From Kudoa neothunni (Eukaryota > Animalia > Cnidaria): a DNA stretch of 64,000 nt. The position numbers were made by a program, and so were the translations under genes. The DNA lies in NCBI GenBank assembly GCA_964304625.1, contig OZ199840.1, forward strand, positions 2,778,787 to 2,842,786, read 5' to 3'. The notes below the pieces were generated by a model. It searched no databases. It was not told where the DNA came from and worked only from the letters and a program-made list of their open reading frames with translations. This document shows positions 23,753 through 37,200 of the stretch, piece after piece. Within the stretch, counting starts at the first letter, position 1, and each line of letters starts with the position of its first letter.

Positions 23753-26700
23753 ATGGTTAAGTATAAATTTTTGAATTGCCTCTTATGTATATAGTGTTTT
23801 ATTACCGATAATGAGTCTTTATTAGTCATTCAAATCGCATTTCTTTGTACGATGGAAAATGCAACGGCGCCCTCTTCTCCATCAATGTCTACTCCATTAG
23901 CTACGCTGAATTATCAAATTGAATATGATAGTTCTACTACCTCCAATTTAGTTAAGCATACACTTGGTGGAACACATTATGCTACAGGAAAATGTCGTAT
24001 ATTGAAGTCAAACGAAGCAGCAAACATGGGTGGTTCGACAACAGCAGCGGCGTATCAAGAAATATCAAGCTGCCCTGGATATATTACCGATAGTAGTAAC
24101 ACAAACTGTGTAATTTCTTGTGACAGTCAGAATAACAAAGTTCCATATAATAAACTTTCACCACGGACAAAATATATATACGTATATGATAATAATGATT
24201 TCGACACTGCTAAAGCAGATTATCCTAAAGGTGGAAAAGTGTTTGGTTTGGCCACACGTAATCCAAGTATCTTTAAAGCAATAAATTATATCATAAAATT
24301 TAGCATTATTGGTCAATCCTCAAGTAACAATCTCTACCAATGCTGATAGATTGAAACTCCTAACAAAAACTTGCTCCCCAGTTGCGTGCCCAATCCATTA
24401 TAAAGACGCACAATTCAAGGGGGGTATTGCGGGGCAAACATGCGATACAGGAAGCACAGAGAATGATGTTGAATTTGACCTATTGATTCCTCATTATGAG
24501 ATGAGATGTGTGAATTATCCAAGTTTCTTTTATTATATGCCAAATGCATACATGAAGAAAAATATGGCTATTTATGAACCTCAGTATTACGTAACAAAAA
24601 AGGAGGGAGCTGCTAATCAAGTTATTCTTAAATTCACAGATTTAATGTTATCGTCAGAGATATGCGTTTTCAGTATTAAGGACGGTAAAACTGGTGCAGC
24701 TAACTCCGCGTATGAATCGAAATGTGGAAATACTGCGGGAAAGTGTTACGCACCTTGTAAAAATGTTGAGCTTACTGTAACAGCAGAAAAAGAAATATAT
24801 AATGTTCTAATTCAAACCAGGAATCACGATCTTTCAAAAACATCTGCTGATTTTGATGGATTTTCCCAAAATAAATTTCGTAATTTATTTTAGTCAATAA
24901 TTATAATTATTTTATTATAAATCTTATAGCGATATATGAGACTGGTGATGGTTTGTTGTCTGCTTATACCAAAAATGGTGTATCTTTTGATGGTACATTA
25001 TTAAACCCCTCTGCAAGTACAGGTACCAAGTTTTCTACGTGCACGTTAAAGCATTACCCTGCTGACAAAGTCAAACACACGCCTTCAACTACTTCATGTA
25101 ACGCGGCCACTAAAAAGAATAGTAGTAGTAGCAGTAGTAGTAGTAGTAGCAGCAGCAGTAGCAGTAGCAGCAGTAGCAGTAGCAGCAGTAGCAGTAGCAG
25201 CAGTAGCAGTAGTAGCAGTGGCAGCAGTAGCAGTAGTAGTAGTAGTAGTGAGGGTGGTGAATGCAAAACTGGTTGCGAAAAATTAGTAATTGAAGGACTA
25301 TCTCCAGGGAAACCATATATTATCGAAATTGAACCTAATGGAATCGCAGATCCAGCTTCTTTCAAAGAACAAATACTTATAAGGACAAGTAATAACTAAA
25401 AATTTAATATTAACTTAACTAATAATATTTACAAGATAATGAGGTGAATAAAAATTTTCAAGCAACCGCCCCTACTAAAACAGAATCAACAACTACACTA
25501 ACAGCTATTGGAGGCGAAGCAGAGACAAATAAAAATAATGAGCCAAACTGTGAATACTATTTAAGTCCAACTGGGAAAAACACATTTTACACCGCTAAAT
25601 GTACTGAAACCAATCCCTGCAGAGGGAGATGTAGAGAATCAATAACTATTGTTGATCTTGAACCAAACACTTCTTACGACGTTAGGGTCATTGCTGATAA
25701 GGAGTACAAAGAACACATATATACAAATGTTTTAACTAGTATATATATATATATATATATATATTAATTTATTCAACTCAATCTAGATCTGGCAACCTTG
25801 AGAATAACTCAAAAATACACTGAACAAGGATTGGAATTGAATGCACAATTGTCCAAAAAAGTCCCAGAAGCCATTTGCCATTATACAATCCAAATAAAAA
25901 CAGATGAAAGGTTTGAAGATGTTTACGTCTGCGAAGCATCACAGACACCAGCAGCTGCGCCAGAAACTCAAAATACTCCACCAAGCTCACCAGTCGACTC
26001 CAATTCTAATCCCGAGCAAGAACAAACTGGTACTAGTCAAATTCAAAGTCTAAAATCAGAAGTTAATGGATTAAAAATTGCAAGAGCTGAATCTAATACC
26101 CCTACTGAAACTGATACAAATGTTGCCCCAGCTACAACAGTCGATACAACTGCGAGCCCGGCCAATACAAATACATGCTCCTCATTTCCATTGTGCAGTT
26201 CTATTAAATTCAACGACTATGATGCAAATGAAGAGTATAAAGTGTCTATTACTGCAGTGGGAAAATCAGAGCGAAATGAAATTACTTTAGTAGCTAGTAA
26301 AAATATTTTCAATATTATTATTATATTTAAAATAAATAGCTGCTCCAAAGGGGAATCCAACAGAAAACGACAAAATAATATATGTGACCATAACAAGGGA
26401 TGGTGAATCATTTGTTATAGAAAACACCCTACCATCTAGTCTCAATGAAAAATCCAAATGTAAGTGGGAATTACGTAACGCGAGTACCAAATCGATAGCA
26501 ATTATTAAAAAATGCATGAGACGAAATGACAATGGATGTAGAACGTACCCTTCATGCAAATCATTCACTATCAGTGGATTAGCAGATGGCAACAATTATC
26601 ACTTGACTGTGTACAGTTCCACCGATAAAACAGTTTATGGGACGGCTACGATTGAGCAAGGTAAAGCATTATTACTTCGAAAATAATTTAAATTGTAACT

Positions 26701-26908
26701 TTTTAGGAGCCAAAAGCAGTTCAAGGTTTATTAATTAATATTTTTAACATAAATAAATTTTACATTTAGTTCTAAAACCATGGTCATGTATTAATTTATT
26801 GTGTTTTTACAATTTAACTGGTATTGTTTTAGAATAATTGCAGTAGCCGCTATTGGAGCTATGATCATGGGTGCTATTGGTTTCGTGGTTTTCAAGAAGA
26901 AAAAATAA
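23753..26908 (+). CDS. Family copy B, 10 exons, apparently intact, with poly-Ser expansion
   Basis: Same exon/intron structure as A; start MVKYKFLNCLLFIQIAFLCTMENA; ends GFVVFKKKK* at 26908. Confidence 0.9.
25121..25249 (+). repeat. (AGT/AGC)n coding microsatellite, ~43 codons of poly-Ser with one Gly
   Basis: Directly visible; copy A has only SSSSGS at the homologous site. Confidence 0.97.
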
Positions 26909-28149
26909 ACGCCCTTATTTACGAATTATTACCCTAAAATCCAACTATAGAAATTTATATTATTTTTCTAATGGTGTGATATTTATGAATTGTCGATAAT
27001 TCAAATTTATCCATACTAGATAAAATAAAAATATTTTATCTTAGATGTGTTCCAACGTTATTATAAAACTTGATAGGGATGATATGACTCGGATAAAAAT
27101 GTGGGATTGTTAATAAACTTTTAAAATTTTTTTATAATTATTAGAAATTGCTAAAACATAATGAAATATGATATACGCATAATATTTATTTTGTTAAACG
27201 AATAAATTATATTAAATTGAATATATTTATCGAATAATAGTTGTAAACGTTGATTAATCTCCTAAATATTTAGATGTTGTATTCGGTTACTTTTTTAAAC
27301 TATACACTACATAACGATACTGAAATTGATGTCAAATATTAATATTATAAAAATTAGATAACGAGATATGATGAATATTCTGATGTTTTAAAAAAAATGA
27401 GCTCGACTGCTTGTGTATTGGTATCTAGGATTTCCAAAATTTTGCAGTAAACGCAAACTCACTGACTTAGGAACCATCATAGTGATTTTAGTATTTATTC
27501 CAGTTTTTAATGAAATTTTTGGCTATTTAAAACCTTAAGTTAGATGGAAAATATTAATAAATAAATCAAAAAATTAATTAATTATAGGGTTACTTAATCC
27601 CAAAATTAATTTAAAAAAATATCTCAACATAATCGTTTGCAGCTATAAATCTCACACTTAAGTTTTTTAAGTATATTGACTTATTGAATTCTGCAAGAAC
27701 GCTTCAAAGTGTTCTGATCGTTCCTGAGTCAAGATTCGATCTTTGTATTTTGATTCAGTTTATAACTACATTCTACATTTCATTTGGCGATTTTTGTTGT
27801 AGTTAAACTATAAACGTAAATTATAAATAGTTATTCCAACCAAATTAAACGAAAGTGACAATATGACATGTTGCATAATTAATGCAGAATGGTTATAAGA
27901 AGACGAATTTTAAACTTATTCAAGATATCAAAAACAACATTAATAGAAAATTAAGGTACTTTAAAAATAATGAAAACATTGAGTAAACCACTACAGCGCA
28001 GAAATATTTTAGTCAACTTACGAAACCCTCTGTACGTAGTGTAGATATAATATTTTGATATAACATAGCAAAAGACAATGACAGAGTCTTATATTGAATA
28101 TGGTAAACACACGATTGATTTCTACATCGTAGAACATATTACAGTAAGG

Positions 28150-29050
28150 TATCGGTATAGGGAGGGTTTTTAAAAATGAATAGTAATTTATCACGCAATA
28201 CTGAGGGGATCGAGTATGCGCGTTATTATATTTTTTCATGGAAAAGAGTCAATTTTTTATCTTTTTTCCAGGCCGTATAATTTTATATAAAGTGTTCAAT
28301 TAGGATTGGTGTGAAATAATTAGGATAGATTTTCAAATTGAATGGTTATCCAATAGTATTTATGACCGCTTTTACGTCACATTTCGTAATTATTTGACTT
28401 TCTCGATGAAAATCAGCGTCAACGTTGCATTTTGTTGATCTTGCGACATTTATATAAGGTTAACTGTACATTTCTTCATGTATAACTTTGACTTACGTCA
28501 ATTCCACGATCTCATTCGCGTTGGTATGTAGCAATAGAATAAAATTGAACCGACTGCATTACATACCATAAATTATTGTTTTTTCTGTATGACTAATATT
28601 TACATTAAATTCGTCATAGTTTATGTTTAAAAATGTCTTCCTAAATTAATCGCGCGATTTGATATATCGGATATTTCTCGAAACAATTTCAATAGTTAGC
28701 TCGTCACCATTTCCCACGTTGCCTTTAAAGTGCGAAGACGCTTAAAGACAGTATATTTAAAAATTTTCGTAGAATCATTAAATAGAAACTGATTAACGAA
28801 TGATTTCCTACACTTTGACTTCAAATCATGTGTGGTTTGAAAATCTATTGATTTGGTGCCACTAGTATTCTTAGGAAGAAAGCACATTTCGATATAATTA
28901 AATTGATCAAGAATGAGATGTGTTTTTCCTTTTTATTCATTAAACTGCCTATCTATGTTTTTAACAATTTCAAAGAACAAAGCTGCGGACGTCCAGCTAT
29001 TTTTTTGAAAAAGATAATTTACTGGGAGATTAGTGACACCGTATAAAACG
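28150..29050 (-). mobile_element. Tigger/pogo (TIGD-like) transposase relic
   Basis: Minus strand SWTSAALFFEIVKNIDRQF..HLILDQF..EMCFLPKNTS..LKSKCRK..LKATWEMVTS resembles DDE_1 motifs AWMT / LLxDN / FLPxNTT / AWxxV; boundaries approximate. Confidence 0.6.
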
Positions 29051-30639
29051 GGGTGACTCTCTTTTTCGAGAATTTCATTCCCTTCAAATCGATTTTATTT
29101 TATAGTGTTATATGTTCATTTGCACAACTGTTCGTAGTTGAAAGCAATCTTGTCAAAATTAATAATTTATACATTTTTTCGTCCCCGAAAATCTACAGAA
29201 ACCTTTTAGATCCATTCAAATACATTATCCATATCGGCATTCACAACCCCACCATACAATATAATGTTCTTCGAACAGTAATGAAACTTGAAATTTAGAA
29301 GCAAATCATTATTGAAGAAAATGATTAATCAATAGATTTCAGCGTTATATTATACAGATGCATTAAAAAATAACCGATAATTATCCAATGATTAAAAAAT
29401 TTTTCGCCCCAAAATATAATAAAAATTTGAATAAAAACCAAAATTTTTTAGACGATTTAAAAATATATCGCCCCATTATACCATTAGGAACTTAGATGCT
29501 TTTGAATTCAATAAAAATAAACGTCATATTTCCTCAATACAATCAATGTTATTCTATAACAATCTAAATAGAAAACCTAAATTGAAGTCCTGCATCTTCT
29601 CAGTTAATCCGTATAAATAAATCATAACATCATAAGAGAAGTGATTTCCGCGAATGCAAAGAAAACCAGACTCAACAATAAAGGGTGCCAAATTCATAAC
29701 ATTTTCTTCTATTTAAAGATTCTAAAATTAAGTATCAACGTTTGTTCAAATAATTTTTAAATTTATTTTACTTGAGTTATACCACGTAAACAGGAAAATG
29801 AGCCGGCCATGACAACATTAAATTCTTAGATAATATTAAATTCTTAAATTTAAAATAGAGAATTAATGATTCCAGAATTAAATAGATAAAATGAAAGCAG
29901 TATTAGAATGCATTCAGAAAAAATCCGTTATATCATTATATTACTCATAAAGGATGTGTATGATAAGTAAAATCGTCAAAGACCGTATAAAATAATGTTC
30001 AAAAAGTAGATTCTTTCAATATTTAGTTATATACGAAACAAATATACATCTGTTATCGACATTATATAAATTTTCGGGTATAATCATCAAATAAAACGAA
30101 ATATCCCCATAAAATAAACGCTACAATAAACTACAAGCCATTATGATAGAAAATAAGTTTTCATTTTATTTGTACAAATATATCGGGAATTAAACGTAAA
30201 GCAATCACAAATGTCCTTCCAATATGGCGGATAATTCCAAAAATCAACAAATAAGATTAAAAAAACGAAGCAAACCCCCAAGTTTCCCCTTTTTAAAAGA
30301 AAGGTGCATTTTATATTCCCGAAAATTAACATATAATTTTAAGGCAGCGGCTATTGGCACGATAAAATTTAATCCTAATCCATGTGTACGCATACGGATT
30401 TTTTAATCTCAACAACCATTTAAAAGCGGTTCATAGATTTAATATTTTAAAATAAGTTATATTTAATTATAGTCAAGACGAGTGTCAACTGAATATTATT
30501 TAACATCCCAATAGCCCCTTCATAATTAATTTCAACTAATTCTTTACAACTAAATCACAACTTTAACTCAATTACAAATTTTACAAGAATTTTAACCTTC
30601 AACTTTATCAAGAAAGGAAGTAAAACTTCATTTTTTTAT

Positions 30640-31120
30640 TTGAACATTTTAACTTTGTGAGTGTTTTAATCATATAATTACATTTTTAAATACATCTATA
30701 TTATAATAATATAAATAATGTTTATTTGATTTTATAAAAATGAATTATGAAAATTTGTTTGTTTTATATCATGAACAATATAGATGAATATCTAATTCTA
30801 CGGCAAATATAAAAAAGACTAAAAGTATCCTGCAATTAAATTTAGAATTTTGAGCTTTCAGTAAAACTAAAAAACATACACATACACATACATTAATAAG
30901 TTTATTCTAAAAATGAATCTAAGAATAAAATATAATTTGATTCGTATACTATAAGGGACAGATTAATCCTTGTTGCCATTTGACACCATGTGTGTATCTT
31001 TCAAATTTTTGAAATAACTGCTCTAATTTTAGGATATTTTATATAAAATTATTTAAAATTAAACATAATGAGCGAAAAATATTTTTTGGTCACTGAATTA
31101 AATTCGTAGTTCAAGGGGTT
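30640..31120 (+). mobile_element. Internally deleted third copy of the piggyBac derivative at 16115-17190 / 56537-57637
   Basis: Matches both ends of that element (AGATGAATATCTAATTCTACGGCAA...; CACTGAATTAAATTCG..TTCAAGGGG), with the middle removed at TGTTGCCA. Confidence 0.75.
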
Positions 31121-31287
31121 ACTTATAAAAGTATGGAATTAGTTCCAAAAGAAAGCGCACATTTCAATATATAACAAAAACTAGTTGTGACAATTAAAGA
31201 ACAGAGATATATAATACCACCAAGTGCCATTTGATTTGTTTATAAAGCAAAATTTTAGCTAATATCATTTGACCGCATCTCAATTAA

Positions 31288-31539
31288 CCCTCAGAGGACA
31301 GTCTTGGGTTTCAAGAGCCCTCCTTTCCGTTATTTTTAAAATAAATTTTATTAATAAATTTGTTGTATTTTATGTATTTTTGACAGAATTTCGCCTAATT
31401 AAAAATAAATATTACTTATCGACTAATGTAATAAAATGGGAAAAAATTCCGACGAAATTACTCAAAATGTAACCAACTACTAACTTAACAACAAAATGAT
31501 ATAAAGGTGTAGCATAGGGCTATGGTTGTCCTCAAAGGG
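31288..31539. mobile_element. ~250-bp TTAA-type MITE upstream of Chk1
   Basis: TTAA-CCCTCAGAGGACA ... TGTCCTCAAAGGG-T-TTAA. Confidence 0.65.
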
Positions 31540-31963
31540 TTTAAATAACCTTAACTTCAATTAAGCATAACTTTAAGTGTATTTGTATTTATCACCAGCA
31601 TTAATAAAGCTATAAAAAAAGAATATACACAGCCAATTTATAATTTTAAAAAAACTTGATGGTAACGTAGATTATCCACAGCAACTTCAAATAAGCTTCG
31701 AGTATTTATCGGATTATAGTTAAAGCTTTCCTATGATTAAAAATCATGTTGACTTAATCTGATTAGCGGAACAATTAAAATAAATTTATATATTAAATCC
31801 GGATTAGTAATAAACTAAACTATTAATCAAAAATAAAAAGGAATATTCAAACGAACTGCTAAGTTTTTTGTTTATTGCGGAAAAGGGGTTGGTAATGGAT
31901 GTTTTGCGCGCATATCATTGTTGATTGTCATTAGTGTGCTTATCAACAGCAAACTAATTGGTT

Positions 31964-34162
31964 ATGCTGGAAGAACATTTTTATGGTAATTGGTATTTTA
32001 TTGACAACCTGGGTGAAGGTTCATTTGGAAAGTAATATCCTTTCGAACGCACAGGCGAATCACTCACACACGATTGGATTTTAGTGTGAGATTGGCTAAA
32101 GACAAAGAAACCAACGATTTGGTAGCAGTTAAAATAGTTGATCTCTCGAAAATTAAGGAGATCAAAGATATTGAAAGGGAGGTGATCATATTAAATTTGA
32201 ACACACAAGAAATTCCAATATTTTTCATTTAGATATGTATTCTAAAATTGATTAATCATAGCAGAATTGTTCGTTATTATGGTCATCGCAAAGAATCTAC
32301 GCTTTACTATATATTTTTTGAATACCTCACAGGCGGAGAATTATTTAATTGGATAGGTATGGGATTGTGGTAGTTCTTCGAATACCACTAAAATATTTAA
32401 TATAATCGCACGATTATATTCTTGATAACTATAGATCCTGGTTATCCTATGGAGAATTCTCTTTGTTTCAGATTTTCATCTCAAATATTAGAGGCTATAG
32501 TAATCAGTTTCAACAAGTGTTGAGGTTGTAATATGTTGTTTAGAATTATTTGCATTTAGTTGGAGTAGCACACAGAGATCTAAAATTAGAAAACGTCCTT
32601 TTGGATGAAAATAGTAACTTTAATTGGCGAAAAAATTTATTCAATATAAAAATAATTTAAATTATTATTTTAGATAATGTTAAATTGATCGATTTTGGAT
32701 TGTCAACAATATTCCGATATAAAGGGAAAGAACGTTTTCTTGCTAAGATGTGTGGTTCAATGCCTTATACAGCTCCCGAGATTCTGTTATCAAAAGAATA
32801 TCGTGCCCAACCAGCCGATATATGGTCATTTGGAGTGATATTATTTGCACTATTTACTGGCGGTGATTATCTTCATTTGGCTGTTATCAATCAACTCCAA
32901 ATATTATGAGTATTATTTTAGAGTTGCCATGGGATGCAGCTACTGACGAGTCTGCGGAATTTCGTCGTTTTAAAGTTGGCCAGCAACCTGCGGAATCTTG
33001 GGGTCGTTTAGATCAATATAAGCTAGGTTTAGATTTTCATTTAATTTTAAGGCGAGTTTTATTATACTTGATTAGATTTAATTACGCATTTATTTTGCGT
33101 AAGTCCAATTCAACGCTACACATACAAAGATGTGTGTGAGAGTTCGTGGTACAGATTGTGAGTTTTTGTTTGGATTTAAATGCACCTATTAATTTTGATT
33201 TATTAAGCTCCCAAAAGATGGAATCCAACATAGGTAAATATATGTGCGCTTGTAATTACACAATGCTAATTATTTTTCTGAGTATAGCAATTGCAACAAC
33301 ACAATCTAGTGGAGATATTAACAGTTCGAAGTATTTTATTCTCGAATAGACTAGCCTGAATTAGAGTTATTGAATTAATTTATTATGTTACAGGTATGTG
33401 ACAAATAGTCAAGCGCCTAGCAATCCAAGTAGCGGCGGAGTCACTACATGTCTATCTCAGATGAATCCAACTACTGAATCGATTTCACTACTTTCCAATC
33501 ATAGTCGATTCCCCAAGCAGAACGACATTGGAAATAATGCAGTGGATGCATTTTCTCAACCTATCAAGGCTGATGATTTGGTGGTGAGCCAAATGACCCA
33601 GGCCACTCAAACTTGTCAATCTACCCAGGTAAATTCTCATCGACTTTATAAGTGTTATCGCATTTCAATATATATTAATTTGAAATATGTAGAAAACGAT
33701 CTTGAACAATGTGGCTAGAAAAATGACTCGTTTCTATGTCAAAAATGCTTCGGATGAATTTCTCAAACAAAGCATTGTGGAAATTCTCGACAGTTATGTG
33801 CTACAATGGACACTTTTAAATGAATTTGGCGTATGGATTATATTCATTTATTATGACTTTGCCTAATTGATTAACTATTTTATTAAGTTTTCTGTAAATG
33901 CGATCGATCGTCGTCGAAATCCATTGAATTTTAAAATCGAACTTCGACCTGTGTCATTACCGCCCTTAACATCTTCGAGCGAAACTAATCCGCCACCAGA
34001 TAGCATTATTTTGGTGAATATAAAAAGAAACAAAGTAAATTAAATATGAAATTTACAAAATTGATTAACCTATTATAGGGTGATGGAATCGAATTTAAAA
34101 AATTCTATCGACACATCAAGAATGACCTCAATCGATTGGTTACATGTGTGGATGTGATTTAG
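31964..34162 (+). CDS. CHEK1: Checkpoint kinase 1; many short exons
   Basis: WYFIDNLGEGSFG, VAVKIVD, EYLTGGELF, HRDLKLEN, IDFGLSTIFRYKGKERFLAKMCGSMPYTAPE, YRAQPADIWSFG, GELPWD, SQ cluster (TNSQ, AFSQP), KA1-like tail ARKMTRFYV and GDGIEFKKFY. Confidence 0.95.
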
Positions 34163-34256
34163 GTTTAGACTGTTTTCAATTTGTCAGCTTAGTTATTGTT
34201 TGTAAGTGTTTATTTGAGAGAGTCATTTTTTATAATTCAACCCATAAAAGTAAAAA

Positions 34257-37200
34257 CTAAACAGTTGTGCTCGTAATAGTATAATTTTTTGGGTTGTTGA
34301 GAGTGGACGAATAGAAACCGTTTTGGTCGATTCGAGAAGCAAGCGAATTGTTATTGAGTTCGTTGGAGAGGGGTTTATCGTCACGGAGTAGTTTGATTAA
34401 CTTAACAAGCGATTGTGTTATTTTGGCATCATACTCAACTAATTGTTTCCTATGGTTAGTATAAAAAGATTGATAACTCTCGGGTGGTTGATCCTCAAAA
34501 ATAGCCATTTGAGAAGAGCAGAATTCCTCACTCAATGATAAAATGGCAAATATCCGCTAAAATACAATCAAGCTTACAAACAATAACAGACTCTATGTCT
34601 TACTTCAATTAGATATTCGTTGTTAAGCAAAAATCCGGCTATACACTGAGCAAGGAAGTAACCGTGGTACTGTATAACTTGGTCAACATTTCTGACCTAT
34701 ATAAAAAGATTAAAAATTTGAAACTACTTAAAAATATGAGTTAGATGTTAGTGTAGTTACAATATTCTCATAAATAGAAAAAACTTCCTATTTTATCAAA
34801 AATATTTATAGAATATATTACGATAACACGTAAAAATAAATTGTATAATTTAAAATGGTGATATGTCTAATGTTCCAGTCTCCATTTTAACATTAAATTC
34901 TCTAAAATTATTTTTAAATTTTTCTTAAATCAATAAAAATTATTGTAACAACTAGAAACTATTTTTTGAAAAATATTCAAAATATAGCGTCATGGAGATG
35001 TAATTATTTTCTCTTATTCATGTAAATTTTAAACGTAAAATAGGCATGACAAAGTTAAACATGTTTACATATTGTGAGTCAAGTTAAAATAAATGATAAT
35101 TTTTACTAATATAAACAACTATTGAAGAATTATTAACTGAATTATGTTATTAGAATGGGCGAAATGCTTACTTAGATGGTATATTTTAGATTCAGAAGAA
35201 TGGTTGCTTAAATTAGATATAACAGTGATTTTAGTTTATACGAAAAGCTTAATTATGATAAATGTAGCATGTGGATTATGAATGTTGTAATCCACATGTT
35301 TAATATATTAAATTAATATTTTTATTAAGGTAATTAAAGCGAAATTTAACGTTAAAAATAAGAAATAATAAAATTTAATTTATTATATTCATATAATTCT
35401 ATTCATATGAGTGGTGATAAAATGAATATGATTTTTTATTATTAAGGTGGATAAATATTGCAATGACACATGCGAAAACCATACGCTGTTTTTAAAGTTG
35501 CGTCACAATGATACAACACTTGAAGATATGAATAAATAAACATATTTAAAATTAAACTTTATGATTATAAAACTTTTAGTTCATTACTATTAAAATAACA
35601 AAATAACTACTCAGGCTTTAGATAATTTATTGATATGTCGAAATCAACGCCATAAACTTGATTTGAACGCAAAAGAAATTGTAAAAATATCTTGGGAAAA
35701 TTCAAGACTAATTTTAAGAAGTACTCAGTGCGATGCATGCGCAATGGAGAAATACAATGAAACCACGTTACATTATGAACACGAAATTTTAACTTTCTTA
35801 ATATTAAATGGCAAGTTTTTCAATATTTGACTAAGTTTAATTTTAATATTTTAAAGATAATAGATGCTTCGAAAATTAAAGAATATCATTCTACGGAAGT
35901 AATAATAATTAAAAACACTAAATATTATAATAATTTTTAGTAAAAAATTACATTGATTGGGAAAAATTAGTGGTAAATATTAAATTAAGTAATTTCTTGC
36001 GCATGCGAATAATTTAAGTTCCGCCGTTTATATTCCAAAAATGCGCGTAAAATATAAAGGAAATAAATTTGAATAAAATTTCTAATTTCCGAAATGAACA
36101 AATTTTCAAATAATTGAGAGATATCTTATCCGTAACAATTATTTCAGTAACAATTAAGTAATTTAAAATTAATGCAGCAGATAATAATTGAAAGTAGTTT
36201 AAAAAAAGGATTAGTCAAAGTTATGGGGAATCTTAATATATTAACGCACGCGCACTTTATTTATTTCTACCCGCTCAAATTTTTCAACTTGATAAATAAC
36301 ACATGTATCAATTTTTGAATTACTCACAATTTTTATTCAACCAAATGTATTTAAATAAATTAATCAATTTTTAGTCCAAGATCTACCTGAACAATCCTAC
36401 AAAAATAAAAAATATTTTATTTAAAACACATACAATTAAATTTAATTAAATTAAATCAAGTTAAATTAAAATAAAATAAAGTATTGAGAGATTTAACACG
36501 AAATTTAATTGTTAATACAAATAACGCGCAGTGTATTACATTTGCTAGATGATACTCCAGATTTTGCCAGTTGGGTTCGATCACTTCGAAGGCTAAATAA
36601 TACTCAAAAGTCTGTATGAAATGAAGCATTTTATTGTTGACAGAGAGCAGCATTTTGTAGAACATGAACCTAAACAAAAAAATGATAAAAGTGAGAAGAT
36701 ATCAATAATTAAAATTAACTACTCTTGAGGTGTATGGTAGGATTTATTGAATTGTTGCTGCACACATTTTTCCCACAATCTAAAAACAACTTCATCGTCA
36801 AATTTATACCCATTTGAAATACTTGGTGTGAAGTCGTTCGACTCTTTTGACCAAAAAAATCAGCCTAAAAAGCATCTGGTATTTTATCAAGGATTTTCTA
36901 TCCACCACCAACGACAAAGGCCAAGCAACATCAAAGTTGAAACTAAAGGCCTCGTAGCCGAATACGGGAGTGTCGAGTGTTTTGGATTTGTCATCCCAGT
37001 TGGTGCCGATTGACCTGGCCATACTGTTTATACTGGATAGTTGAGTTCGGAGACTAGTAGGAAGTAGAACCACTCTACAGATTGAAACATTCTTATATGA
37101 AGACATAAATAAATCAATCCGACTTGAGGTCATCCTTATGGGGGTCACTGGCACACACACTTAACGAAAGTGCGATTTCAACAGAAGATTCCAAACGATG

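Noticed and set aside
25054-25365. Poly-Leu and Cys/Tyr-rich minus-strand ORFs
   Set aside because: Antisense frames of the poly-Ser microsatellite.
25739-25763. (AT)n tracts at the intron-5 donor of A and B and at ~39723-39749
   Set aside because: Ordinary intronic microsatellites with no evidence of function.
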